Source of the DNA: an uncultured Rivularia sp.
GTDB taxonomy: Bacteria > Cyanobacteriota > Cyanobacteriia > Cyanobacteriales > Nostocaceae
Assembly (NCBI GenBank): GCA_963665115.1
Contig: OY762007.1
Location: 5,888,001-5,952,000, forward strand
DNA length: 64,000 nucleotides
Direction of reading: 5' to 3'
Shown here: positions 23,513 to 34,367 of the stretch, one piece after another
How positions within the stretch are numbered: the first letter of the stretch is position 1
How the letters are laid out: each line of letters starts with the position of its first letter
Position numbers and translations under genes: made by a program
The notes under the pieces: generated by a model
Databases searched by the model: none
Told to the model about the DNA's origin: nothing
What the model saw: the letters and a program-made list of their open reading frames with translations, nothing else

Positions 23513-24620
23513 ATGAGTAAAAACACTCAACAAAAAAATAATTCATCTCCCTTATTAATTCTGGCTTTGGATTTTGGAGGAAGTTCAACCAAAGGTATTT
23601 ACTCGACTTCAATGCGGAATCAAACAGCATCCTTAGTAATGGAACCGGAAGTGGTAAAAATTTCAAATGATTCAGTTGCTTCTGAAGTTTTGGGTGCAAC
23701 CGAACCAGAAAATGCTGCATGGGTTAATTACATGGGTGAAACTTTCGCTGTGGGATATTTGGCGAAAAGTAAGTATTATGCCAATCAGGGATTACAAGAA
23801 TTAAAGTACGAACGTGCAGTTGCGAAAACATTAGCTTTTGTATGGGCTATCTCGCAGAAACTTCAGTTAGGTCAAAAATTTCGACTAGCTCTTATTTGTT
23901 TGCTGCCACCAGGAGAGTTTGAAAATCGAGGGAGTTTTCATAGAAATCTTCAAGCAATACTTGCTGGTTTCATAACTCCAACAGGTAAAATCCAGGTTAA
24001 ATTGACCGAATTCAAGTGTTTACCAGAAGGTGCGGGAATATATCTTGCCTACCAGAAGAAATTAGCACAGCAAATCAAAACTAAAACTATTGCATTGGTG
24101 ATGGTGGGTTATAGAAATGCATCGGTGTTAATCAGCGATAAGGGGATAGTTGCACCTGATGGAAAGACAAGCGAATTAGGAATGATTAGATTACTAGAAA
24201 AAGTTGTTGCTAGAACTTCCGGACAAAACCCTTCGCAATTAGCTCCTGCTGTAGTTGCTGCTGGTAGCGATATTTCTACAAATCCTCTTACAAAGTTGTT
24301 GAAAAGCACTAATAACGTTAATAAACGGCATGAGTTGATGCAAATACAAACAAGCATAAAACTTGCTAGAAGTGAATATGCAGCAGTACTCATAAGTTGG
24401 TTAGACCAGGTAGTTCCCCGTTCAATTGTTTCAGAAATCTTATTTTGTGGTGGAAACTGCTGACTATGTGAGGAGAGAGCTAAATTCTCATTATTCCGGA
24501 ACACCTTGTTTATGGGGAGTGGGAGCAGATATTCCTGCACAACTTGATAACTTTGGTTTGGGAAGTCGTTTGGCTGATGTTTACAGCGTATTTTTATACT
24601 TTTCACAACAGGTAAGTTGA
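23513..24620 (+). CDS. parM: ParM/StbA-like actin-family segregation ATPase (frameshift near 24455)
   Basis: ALDFGGSSTK, PEGAG, MVGYRN, restored FCGGTAD. Confidence 0.75.
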
Positions 24621-24979
24621 TGTTAAAACAAATAGATTTCCGTTGGCGTTATCAACCGTGTAAACCAATGGATGTCCAATTAATGAGTTATATTCAGTGC
24701 AATCTGATGACTAGTAAAACTCAAATGATGCTTTTAGCAGTGCGCTCATTTTGGTTAACTCATGCTGTGGCTAATTGTTCAGATGATGAAAAAGAAGTAC
24801 AGCGTATAGCTAGAAGTTGCATACAAGCTTTGAGAAAGCAGGCGCAAGAGATTGTTGAATTAGCAGGATTGGAAGATGCTCCAACATTTTTAACCCAATA
24901 TCCATCAATTTCTAATTCCAGAAGCAAAGATATAGAAAATCATGTTTATGATGATGCGGGTTTGAGTAATTTCATGTAG
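24617..24979 (+). CDS. Hypothetical protein, possible ParR-like partner
   Basis: Overlaps the parM stop; small helical protein. Confidence 0.45.
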   Translation: MMLKQIDFRWRYQPCKPMDVQLMSYIQCNLMTSKTQMMLLAVRSFWLTHAVANCSDDEKEVQRIARSCIQALRKQAQEIVELAGLEDAPTFLTQYPSISNSRSKDIENHVYDDAGLSNFM

Positions 24980-25011
24980 AAACATTTTGAATCATGAGAA
25001 TGTAGATACTT

Positions 25012-26013
25012 ATGAGTTATAGAAAAATGAAACGAAAAAGAGGCAGACCTAGAAAAACTACTTTAACTCTTCGAGAAGATATGCAGATTGAAAATAATTC
25101 CGAAAAATTAAATGTGGGTAACAATGAATTGCCGACAAATGAAGAAAATTATGATTGGGATAAAGAAATTGATGGCTCGTTCGTCAACAAAGAAATTACA
25201 GAACCTCCAATCAATGGAAAACCAGAGGTAGAACTTAGTACAAGTAATGATAACAACGATGAAAAGCAGCAAACATCAACTAATAGTTTTGTGAGAGTAG
25301 AGAAGGAAAATAGTTTCAAAGAACCAACAATTATTCACATTATTGATGGAGAAAAAGGAGGATGCGGTAAATCGTTTTTTTGTAGGACGTTCATTGAATA
25401 CTGTAATTCCATCGCTTACGATATTGCAATTGTCGATGCGGATATTAGTAACAAAGATATAGCTACTATTTATCCGTCGGTAGAGGTTGCTTTCTTCAGT
25501 GATGATGAAAAGCTAGCATCCAAAGCCGATAAAATATTTGATTTAGCTTTTGAAAAATCTGTACTTGTTAATCTACCCGCTCAAGTTTATTCAAATGTTA
25601 CTGATTGGATACAACGTAATGATTTAGTTAATTTGGGTAAAGACAATTCAATTAAGTTTATTAAATGGTTTGTTTGTATGGGAGGGGTAGATTCTGTCAA
25701 TTTCTTTCTTAAGTCGTTGAACGATTTTGGAAATGACATTACTCATGTATTTGTAAGAAATCAAGGATTATGCGACGAATGGGAGTATATAAACCAGATG
25801 CCAGAATTCCAATCGGCTATTAGCGATTACAACTTTATGATTATGGATTTCCCTAAATTTCCGTTTTGGGAGAGAAACATGATTGACCGCTTGGGGATAA
25901 CTTTCGATATGGCGATCGCACATCCGGAACTGAAAGTTATTCCTAAACAACGGGTGAAAAATTTTCTTAAAAAGGCTTATGCTTCTTTAGCTGCAACGGA
26001 GTTAATTCAATGA
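25012..26013 (+). CDS. ParA/MinD-type P-loop NTPase, MobD-like mobilisation protein
   Basis: IDGEKGGCGKS, VDAD, VNLPA; acidic disordered N-terminus with KRGRPRK. Confidence 0.7.
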   Translation: MSYRKMKRKRGRPRKTTLTLREDMQIENNSEKLNVGNNELPTNEENYDWDKEIDGSFVNKEITEPPINGKPEVELSTSNDNNDEKQQTSTNSFVRVEKENSFKEPTIIHIIDGEKGGCGKSFFCRTFIEYCNSIAYDIAIVDADISNKDIATIYPSVEVAFFSDDEKLASKADKIFDLAFEKSVLVNLPAQVYSNVTDWIQRNDLVNLGKDNSIKFIKWFVCMGGVDSVNFFLKSLNDFGNDITHVFVRNQGLCDEWEYINQMPEFQSAISDYNFMIMDFPKFPFWERNMIDRLGITFDMAIAHPELKVIPKQRVKNFLKKAYASLAATELIQ

Positions 26014-26728
26014 GTGCGGGTGATGCTTCTAAAGGTACAGAAGAAAAACCCAAAACTCCCGATGAGTTACGCGGCACGAAGCTTTGAAAGGGAAGAGTGA
26101 AGAGTTTAAGCAGCGAGTGGTTGATTTCGCTTTTAGAAGTGGCTTATCAAAAGATGACCCATTATTTCTGGTACTAGTTGCTACCGGACAATTGGAAGCA
26201 ATGTTACAGGATGCACCAGAAACATTAAAAGTACTTTTTAAAACTTGGAATCAAGATTTAGCCAATAACTTGGAGAAAGTAGAACAAGTTGCTGTTCAAA
26301 GACAAAAAGTAGCAATTAACCGAGCAGCACAAGCTTTGATTCATGAATCTTTGGTACGTGAAGGTCGGAATATCATCAATTCTATTTATCCGGCTGCTAT
26401 TGTATTCTTTCTGATTTTTGGAGCGGGTTTTATCGGAGGAGTAACGATACCACCTTGGATTGTTGGTGTGTTGGGGAAGGGGTATACCTTAGTCAAATCT
26501 AATAATTTAACCTGGGACGAGATGAACGCAATGAAATGGGCAATGTCGAGTGAAGGTAAATTTGCGAGGGATTTAATTAATTGGAATCGCGGTTACTTGG
26601 ATAATAAGGAATGTGTTAAAGATGCTCAAAAGTTAGGAGTAGTTTTATCGCAATATAACCGCAAAGCCAGGTCAGGATTTTGCACCATTTGGGTGGTTCC
26701 GGCAGATAAACGTAAATTTGGTTCTTGA
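26010..26728 (+). CDS. Membrane protein partnering the MobD-like gene (DUF6753-like; frameshift near 26075)
   Basis: GLSKDDPLFLVLVATGQLE, TM helix; ATG overlaps the upstream stop. Confidence 0.55.
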
Positions 26729-26740
26729 ACCCAAACAATA

Positions 26741-26800
26741 AAGTTTTAAACTAAGACGTAAAATCGTAAACTAGGTCGTAAAGTTATAAACTAATTGTCA
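26741..26800. repeat. Three 20-bp-period direct repeats with core TAAACTA
   Basis: aagttttaaactaagacgta / aaatcgtaaactaggtcgta / aagttataaactaattgtca. Confidence 0.6.
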
Positions 26801-26984
26801 CATATCGGAATCGGGATTTGATTTGGAGAAAGAATCTTGAACTATAACTTTTGAGACTTGTTAACCGTTTTTTAGTAAAAACTCTTCTGGTTTTGAGCTA
26901 ATAATTAATGTGACAGTAATAAACTTTATTGTTGGCTTACAGTTCCTGAACGCTAACAATTAAGTTGTAAATCAAGTTTTCTAC

Positions 26985-27263
26985 TCACAACCACCAATAG
27001 TATTGGTCAGCCGGATAAAATTCTCCGGTGTAGCCATCGAAAATTAATTCTTGAGATGATTCTATATCTTCGACTTCAAATTCACTATTTATTGCAGCAG
27101 TTTTTTGAGATTTTTTCGCACTTGGTCTTTCAGCCCAAACGTGTTTATGGTAGCAACGCTTGCAAACAGTTCCATCTGAGTTTTTATAACGCCAGGTAGG
27201 ATTTTTCTTGCATATTCTGCATAAAGACTGTTTCCGTCGTTTTGACTTTCCTTTTTTAGTCAT
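26985..27263 (-). CDS. Small CxxC..CxxC zinc-finger-like protein
   Basis: CRICKK..VCKRCY; basic N-terminus, acidic C-terminus. Confidence 0.55.
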   Translation of the reverse strand: MTKKGKSKRRKQSLCRICKKNPTWRYKNSDGTVCKRCYHKHVWAERPSAKKSQKTAAINSEFEVEDIESSQELIFDGYTGEFYPADQYYWWL

Positions 27264-27316
27264 TTTCCGTACATCTCACTCGAATAGAGAGCATTTGCCG
27301 TTAAATCGCATTCATG

Positions 27317-27523
27317 TCAAAACTCTGTGTAATATTTATCCCAATATTCCTGGGATTTAGCATTCTTTCGCGTTTCTTCTTCATCTCTTGCTGCTTCTTT
27401 TCTACGCTCTTCTATTGAGGTGTCATAAAAATCATCATAGTTCGCATACCCTTCGCTCAGAAGTTCATCGGGGGTCATAGATGAAACTATCTGATATCTA
27501 CTTGTTTTTGGCTGATTACTCAT
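27317..27523 (-). CDS. Small acidic hypothetical protein
   Basis: 68 aa, ATG start, divergent from the polymerase gene. Confidence 0.5.
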   Translation of the reverse strand: MSNQPKTSRYQIVSSMTPDELLSEGYANYDDFYDTSIEERRKEAARDEEETRKNAKSQEYWDKYYTEF

Positions 27524-27621
27524 TTATCTACCAACATTAAGATACTAGTCTCTATTTTAGTTGACATATAGTAACTGCGTATCACTTACCGTAAAGAAAA
27601 TTTAGACTCCGCAAACTAACT

Positions 27622-30600
27622 ATGGTTTTAAAACTCAAACACTTTGATACTAAAACTAAACAGGATACTCGAATAGAGGAAAAACTAGAAAACACTCTTG
27701 CAGAATACTTATTCAGGGATGTCAAGTTTAGTATTGGTACTGCTTATCCTGAAGCTACTACTCCCCAAGATTTACAAGAACATAACGGAATGACTTTACA
27801 ATTTTGTGCGGGTAAAAGAATGTATTTTGCAAATGACCCGACTATCCGCTCTAAACTATACCCAAATCCTTCCGATGGTGCAGCATATCCTTTACCTTTT
27901 ACACCCTGTCGAAGTTTTCATGAATTAGAAAATGTCAGAATTTTAGTTGTTGATGATGTCACTGGAGACAACGGTGGTGCGATTGCAAAAAGTGATGCAA
28001 AAAAAATGGTAGGTGATTGTAAAGGTTTAATTGATAAAGATTTTGCTATCTCGAATAATATTGCGTCCCGTGCTTTTCAATTTCGGCTTGGTATAAGACC
28101 TCAAGCACAAAGTCCAGTTATGAGAATTGCTAAGGGTACACTTGCACCAGTGCGATTGGATAAGCTGGGAGACTCATTTTTTACTATGGACGGTAATCTG
28201 TCCGATGGTACTCTCCGTTCAAAATTTGGTTGCGATATGGTACTAGCCACGTCTTCTTTTAAAGGAAGGAAAGGAGAAGATGCAATTCAACCTGGAAAAT
28301 ATACACTTTCTATTGGTTTGGGTGTGAAATCATTAGCATTATATCGAGAGCATAGTTTGGGTACTCAGTTTTTAGTCAATTATCCTCATGCAGTAAAACA
28401 AGAAATTTTACCTATTATAAAACAACAAGCAGAACAACTGGCTCAAGAGCAAAAAGACTCTTTAAAAATAGCGCAGCGATATATTGAAACTTACGAAAAA
28501 CGTAAAGCTTTATGTCAACAAAATTTTCAATTAGATTTGGAACCAAAAGATTTAGATTTAAATAATCAATTTTCTATATTTGACGATTTAGATTCTGATA
28601 GAGAAGACGAAAAACATAATGACAGAGATAATGTTGATTGCGTTCAGAAAGATTTGTTGCTTTATTCGCTACTGAAAGCTGATGTAAACAATTATTGTCA
28701 GTTAATTGAACATCCAAAGATTATGAGCGAGCTTCAAGATTTTGTACGTAAACAGTGGGTAGATATCGCAACTGGACGCTCCATCAAGTTTACTTCTGGT
28801 TTAGCTCAACCAAGTTTGGAATTAAAGTGCGATGAAATATGTATACCATATTTAGATGAAAAGGAAGAAATTATAGTTACTCGTTCGCCATTAATTAATT
28901 CTAATGGTGTTATTACTTTAAAAAATAAATATTTACCTAAAATGTTAGATGGATGTGTTTATATTCATCCAAAAACAGCAATGGATAATATGCAATGTGA
29001 TTTTGATGGAGATTTATTAGCATTTGCACCTAGTAAGGATTTTCCAAAATTAGCAATCGAAGTAAAACAAAGAAACTTATTAGAAAACCGTTATCCAGAT
29101 ATTATCAAAAAAGATAAAATACCCTACAAAGGAACTTTTGAAGAAATTGCTGTTGAAGCGATGGATAATAAGATTGGAATCATTGCTAACGAAATTCAGA
29201 AGAACTTAGCCCTACAATCCGAAATTTGTGCAATGCCTCAATCAGATAAATTTGAATATTTGAGACATTTATCGGAACATTTTAATAAACTATTACAACA
29301 ACATGACCGAGGTAAACTAGCAATTCCAGATAAGATAATAGAGCAAATAATACCAGTTGCCTCAACTAATATCAATTCTATTAATAATTTAGAAATAGAG
29401 GAAAAATTACATCAAGTAAAAAAGATATTGTTTGATTGCGTTGCTCACCTGAGTAACGAACTACAAGTTGCAACAGATGGACCCAAGAGTGCTTTACGTC
29501 CTGATAATGAAATTGTTAACTATTGTCAAAAAATAACAGGTTATAAAGAAGTTGAATGGTTAGCTGATAAGAAAAATCCAGAAGCTTTTACTCTTCAAGG
29601 TATGAAAAGTAATGGTTATAGTCCTATTGACTTAATGATTCAACAAACAAACCAAATTTTTGAACAAAGCCAAATTACGGCAAGACCTATTGAGCAATTT
29701 AGAAAGTTATATCCTACTGTTGAATTTACTGATAAAATTATTAATATAGCTAAAGAAATTAAAAGTCATTATAACTTCTTAATTAAACAACGTATTCAGC
29801 TTGAAGAATCCAAGAAACCCGAACGGGGTCCGTACTTAACTATTACTTCTCCAATTACAGGAAAACAACTAGAGATTACTAATTTAATTTCATTTGATAT
29901 TGCTAAGGATTTTGATTTTTGGCAGTTTTCAAAATTGACTATTGCAATAGAATCAAGAAAACCATCAAAAAATATGCCCCATATTTTTAAGGCTACTATT
30001 AAATCAAAAAAATCCGATGGTAAAGACGTAGATATAACTATTGGCACAATTAGCATGAAGTCTATCCGAGAACATAACCTAAAACCTGGAATGAAAATAA
30101 AACAAGGTAATGTTGAATTTAATTTCGGTATTAGCGATGGTATGGTTGATGCTTTAAAGCAACAAACTCTTGAATATGTTGAATCAATAAGAGAAAATAC
30201 TCCTGATAATGAAAAGCTACAGCTAGCAGCTGCAATTCATGATATTAGTCATACCGAAGAAAATAAAAATTATTTAGGTCTTAAAAAAGCAGGTGTGGCT
30301 TTTGCTATATTTCCCGACGAAGTTATAGGTCAATTAAATCAGTTACAGTTTACTCAAATGAGAGTACTTGGTACTCAGTTCAATCATTATGCTGACAGAA
30401 ACTTTGCTGGTGAACAAGTCCCGGTAAAATTTGAGAATGGTATTAATCCCCGTGCCCCCAATCAAACTGCGCGTTGGATAATTGTAGAAGGTAACAAGCT
30501 GGGTACTATTGATGCCTCTTCTCCTCATTTGCTGGCTGGATGTGAAGCGATTGCTGCTATAACTTCTCCTCCTAGTAAAAGCGTTATTATCACCAGCTTG

Positions 30601-31416
30601 AAAAATTCAGATAATAAATTACAAATTGATAACGTTAATAAATATGCTTTTAAATATCGTCAGTGGCAGAATGAACAAGCCAATATTACTTTAGTTATAG
30701 GACAAACTAACCGACATAAAGCACCAACTGTGTTTGCTAAGATAAATAATCAAATATTAGGAACTGTTAATAAAAAATCAGTCAATTTTTTACAAGAAAA
30801 ACTTGCTGCTGTTGGTAAGTCAATTCAGGGATTTACGTTTTCAGGTACCTTAAAAAATGCTCCTGTTAGCTATGCGGATATTACAATTGACCCTTCTACC
30901 GTAAAGTTTCCACAAATTGAAACTACATTACAACATGATAAAAACTCGATTGAAAGTAGTAAGCCGGTTTGCACCGTTTTATTTTTTGAAGCATCTGTAG
31001 ATAGTAAACTTCAGCCATTAACAGAGCAAGTAATATCTAATATGCTCCATCGAGCTGTTGAACGTGCTGCTGAGTTGGGTTATGAGAAGGTACAGTTTGT
31101 TGATGTTTCTACAAATCATACAGAGTCTTCAGCTTCAAGAACTATTAAGCAACTTGCAGCTGAACACCAAGATATAACTGTTGATTTTATCGGTAGTGCT
31201 TCTGTTGAAGATGCAATCGGATTGATGAAGGAACCATCAGATATTGCAATCGGGATTAAGAGCGCTCAAAGTCTTGGCATTATTGATTTTGTAACTGCTC
31301 AGGGAAAGGCGATCGCCACATATAATCCTCAAACGCAAAAATTTGATAGACGGAATTTACCTGCTCCGAAAAAGACTGCTGAAATAACTAAAGATATTGA
31401 ACGCGACGAACGTTGA
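27622..31416 (+). CDS. Single-subunit two-barrel RNA polymerase (cellular RdRP/YonO-like)
   Basis: Ordered motifs GDCKGLI, FQFR..KG, SSFK, IVTRSP, DFDGD (nt 28999-29013), IGIIAN, ATDGPKS. Confidence 0.8.
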   Translation: MVLKLKHFDTKTKQDTRIEEKLENTLAEYLFRDVKFSIGTAYPEATTPQDLQEHNGMTLQFCAGKRMYFANDPTIRSKLYPNPSDGAAYPLPFTPCRSFHELENVRILVVDDVTGDNGGAIAKSDAKKMVGDCKGLIDKDFAISNNIASRAFQFRLGIRPQAQSPVMRIAKGTLAPVRLDKLGDSFFTMDGNLSDGTLRSKFGCDMVLATSSFKGRKGEDAIQPGKYTLSIGLGVKSLALYREHSLGTQFLVNYPHAVKQEILPIIKQQAEQLAQEQKDSLKIAQRYIETYEKRKALCQQNFQLDLEPKDLDLNNQFSIFDDLDSDREDEKHNDRDNVDCVQKDLLLYSLLKADVNNYCQLIEHPKIMSELQDFVRKQWVDIATGRSIKFTSGLAQPSLELKCDEICIPYLDEKEEIIVTRSPLINSNGVITLKNKYLPKMLDGCVYIHPKTAMDNMQCDFDGDLLAFAPSKDFPKLAIEVKQRNLLENRYPDIIKKDKIPYKGTFEEIAVEAMDNKIGIIANEIQKNLALQSEICAMPQSDKFEYLRHLSEHFNKLLQQHDRGKLAIPDKIIEQIIPVASTNINSINNLEIEEKLHQVKKILFDCVAHLSNELQVATDGPKSALRPDNEIVNYCQKITGYKEVEWLADKKNPEAFTLQGMKSNGYSPIDLMIQQTNQIFEQSQITARPIEQFRKLYPTVEFTDKIINIAKEIKSHYNFLIKQRIQLEESKKPERGPYLTITSPITGKQLEITNLISFDIAKDFDFWQFSKLTIAIESRKPSKNMPHIFKATIKSKKSDGKDVDITIGTISMKSIREHNLKPGMKIKQGNVEFNFGISDGMVDALKQQTLEYVESIRENTPDNEKLQLAAAIHDISHTEENKNYLGLKKAGVAFAIFPDEVIGQLNQLQFTQMRVLGTQFNHYADRNFAGEQVPVKFENGINPRAPNQTARWIIVEGNKLGTIDASSPHLLAGCEAIAAITSPPSKSVIITSLKNSDNKLQIDNVNKYAFKYRQWQNEQANITLVIGQTNRHKAPTVFAKINNQILGTVNKKSVNFLQEKLAAVGKSIQGFTFSGTLKNAPVSYADITIDPSTVKFPQIETTLQHDKNSIESSKPVCTVLFFEASVDSKLQPLTEQVISNMLHRAVERAAELGYEKVQFVDVSTNHTESSASRTIKQLAAEHQDITVDFIGSASVEDAIGLMKEPSDIAIGIKSAQSLGIIDFVTAQGKAIATYNPQTQKFDRRNLPAPKKTAEITKDIERDER

Positions 31417-31451
31417 ATTTGTATCAACCTATAACAACGGATTAGCGTAAA

Positions 31452-33391
31452 ATGACAATGCTTTTTGATATCGAGCAATATCGTGCCCCAGATTCACAAA
31501 ACCACAAAGGTGACTGGGATGGTGTGAAGTATGATGGAGCTTGGGATATGATGGTTCGGCTTTTCCACAAACTAGTTCTAAAACTTCTTTACAAGAAACT
31601 AGTGGTAGTAACAAAACTGATTGTTGGTATACCCCACCATCAATTGTTGAATTAGTCATACAGGTTTTAGGAGAAATAAATCTTGACCCTTGCGCGGATG
31701 ATGGACGACATATAAGAGCAGCAAAGCATTATACGTTTGATGATGATGGGTTGAAACAGCCTTGGTGTGGGAAAGTTTATATGAACCCTCCCTATTCGCA
31801 CCCTGGTGTTTGGATGAAGAAACTGCAACTTGAATTTGAAACGGGTAATGTGGATGAAGCAATTGCTCTTGTACCAGCTGCTACGGACACCAATTGGTTA
31901 TCTCCAGTTTTGAAAACTCAACCTGTGTGTTTTTGGAAGGGAAGAATTAAGTTTTTAGGTCAAGATTACCAACCAAAATTATCTGCAAGACAGTCTCATG
32001 TGTTGATTTATTGGGGTAATAATTGGCAGAAATTCAGGGAAGTATTTGAAGACTATGGAGTGGTATATTTCCCAATTCCCCCTGTTGATAATGACCAGGT
32101 GCTAGGGGAAAATATATCACTTAATAATTCCCCTAGCACCCGGATAGAAGATAAGAGCCAAACCCTTGGTAATAGTTCATCAACATCAAATTTTTCAAAT
32201 ACTCAACTAAGTAATGATAATCAGGTGCTAGGGGGAAATATATCACTAACTAATTCCCCTAGCACCCGGATAGAAGGTGAAAGCCAAACCCTGGGTAATA
32301 GTTCATCAACATCAAATCTTTCAAATGTTCAACTAAGTAATGATGACCAGGTGCTAGGGGGAAATATATCACTAACTAATTCCCCTAGCACCCGGATAGA
32401 AGGTGAAAGCCAAACCCTGGGTAATAGTTCATCAACATCAAATCTTTCAAATGTTCAACTAAGTAATGATGACCAGGTGCTAGGGGGAAATATATCACTT
32501 AACAATTCCCCTAGCACCCGGATAGAAGATAAGAGCCAAACCCTTGGTAATAGTTCATCAAATCTTTCAAATACTCAACTAAGTAATGATAATCAGGTGC
32601 TAGGGGGAAATACATCACTTAACAATTCCCCTAGCACCCGGATAGAAGATAAGAGCCAAACCCTAGACAATAGTTCATCAACATCAAATCTTTCAAATGC
32701 TCAACTAAGTAATGATGGCCAGGTGCTAGGGGGAAATATATTACTTAATAATTCCCCTAGCACCCGAATAGAAGGTGAAAGCCAAACCCTTGGTAATAGT
32801 TCATCAAAGTTAAGTGATGCAAATACCCAAGTAAGTAATGATGACCAGGTGCTAGGGGGAAATATATTACCTAACAATTCCCCTAGCACCCGGATAAAAG
32901 ATGAAAGCCAAACCTTTGTTAATAGCTCATCAACATCAAATTTTTCAAATGCTCAACTAAGTAATGATGACCAGGTGCTAGGGGGAAACATATCACTTAA
33001 CAATTCCCCTAACACCCAGATAGAAGATAACAGCCAAACCCCGGACAATACTTCATCAAAGTTAAGTCATGCAAATACTCAACTAAGTAATGATGAGCAG
33101 GTGCTAGGGGAAAATATATCACTCAACAATTCCCCTAGTACATATCGTAAACGTGGTGAGGGCAGCGGTAATATTTCTTGGGGTTATGCAAATGCTAATA
33201 GCACTAAGAAGAAACCAGTCAAACAGCTTTACTTCGAGTGGGAGTATATGGGTAAAAGAGGAAAGACTTATGTGCGATCGCATTTCAAGGAGCAAGTTAT
33301 TTCAATGAATGAAACGAAAGTTCCAGTTGTAGAGATATTGAATTTATTAACTTACAATTCAAAAGTAGCGCGTACTTTGGGTCTTAATTAA
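31452..33391 (+). CDS. Phage Dam-type DNA N6-adenine methyltransferase with a 42-aa repeat tract (frameshift near 31545)
   Basis: WYTPP, LDPC, DGLKQPW, VYMNPPYS, LVPAATDTNW, GRIKF; the likely true start is MTMLFD at 31452. Confidence 0.8.
32090..33142. repeat. Tandem array with 126-bp period, nine palindromic cores
   Basis: GGTGCTAGGGG starts at 32098, 32224, 32350, 32476, 32596, 32722, 32848, 32974, 33100, each followed by TTCCCCTAGCACC or a close variant. Confidence 0.95.
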
Positions 33392-33601
33392 TTAGTTTGA
33401 TACGCCGTTTCAATAAAAGTAATACTTCTAAAATTCAACAGAAAGCAATCTGTGCTTAAACTACCTATATCCCTCCTGAAATTTTATAGAACTCCAATCA
33501 ATAGTAAATTTACATTGACTCATCAATTATAGATAAATTTCCTTCTTATTGTTGGAAAAAAATATCCCTCAATATGGGATATATTATAGTATTTATAGTA
33601 A

Positions 33602-33868
33602 CTACTGTTGGACTTTTATTGAACGTACCAGGACACTGGTTACTTCTCCTGGATTGGAAGTTGGTAACAGCGGAGTCCAATCGCGTACATCTGCATAACC
33701 AAGTTGATTTAAAGCCTCAATTGTCGCTATTACCGCTTCTTTTGAGCCAATTAGAATATGTTTAATTTTTTCTGGCTCTGGATGTTGAGATATTATTGCT
33801 TGAGGACTGGCAATAGCTTTTTCTTGATTGCTTACATCAGCTAGGAAGTTACGATATTTTGACTTCAT
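33602..33868 (-). CDS. Small cyanobacterial-type hypothetical protein
   Basis: HILIGSKEAV..LNQLGYA..WTPLLP. Confidence 0.65.
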   Translation of the reverse strand: MKSKYRNFLADVSNQEKAIASPQAIISQHPEPEKIKHILIGSKEAVIATIEALNQLGYADVRDWTPLLPTSNPGEVTSVLVRSIKVQQ

Positions 33869-34000
33869 TGGTTACTTTACCTTTAGCTTGGACAGTAAAT
33901 TTCACTATTTATTCCCCGTAAGGGGTTTATTAGGAAAGGCAGTCGGCAGTCGGCAGTAGGCAGTGGATTAGAAAAGCAGGCTTTCGGGTAGCCTAAAAGG

Positions 34001-34285
34001 TTATTTATTACTACTGCCTACTGCCCACTTTCCACTGCCCTTTATTAGCTGCAAATATTCTGTTTCTAAAGAATTATTAGTCCTGAAATACAGTCGAAAC
34101 GAACCGTCCCCATATTGCTTTAATCCTTGTTCACAGAAATGAATCTCTTGTCTTTGAAGCCATTTAATAATGCTTTCGTAATTATCACTCAAGAAAAGTG
34201 CAGGAAAGTAAATTCTTCCAGTCTTTACTCCTGTTTTTGGATGAGTAAATATTTGAAATTGCGGCTCACTTAAAACTTCAGCCAT
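34001..34285 (-). CDS. Hypothetical protein
   Basis: 94 aa, AAGG RBS, part of the co-oriented cassette. Confidence 0.6.
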   Translation of the reverse strand: MAEVLSEPQFQIFTHPKTGVKTGRIYFPALFLSDNYESIIKWLQRQEIHFCEQGLKQYGDGSFRLYFRTNNSLETEYLQLIKGSGKWAVGSSNK

Positions 34286-34319
34286 TAGTATTACCTTGTA
34301 AAATATTTATGTGACTTTG

Positions 34320-34358
34320 AAAGCTTGTGATAGATAAAGTTGATTTATCACAAGCTTT
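34320..34358. terminator. 13-bp inverted repeat, terminator-like or regulatory
   Basis: AAAGCTTGTGATA ... TATCACAAGCTTT between two minus-strand genes. Confidence 0.5.
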
Positions 34359-34367
34359 CCTAAAGGA

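Noticed and set aside
27622..31416. Housekeeping RNAP subunit rpoC1 or a reverse transcriptase
   Set aside because: It lacks the NADFDGD context and other beta' motifs, and has no YxDD RT motif; the flanking motifs fit the RdRP/YonO-like family
32090..33142. CRISPR array
   Set aside because: The intervening sequences are near-identical ~83-bp copies rather than unique spacers, the array is in frame in an ORF, and no cas genes are in the window
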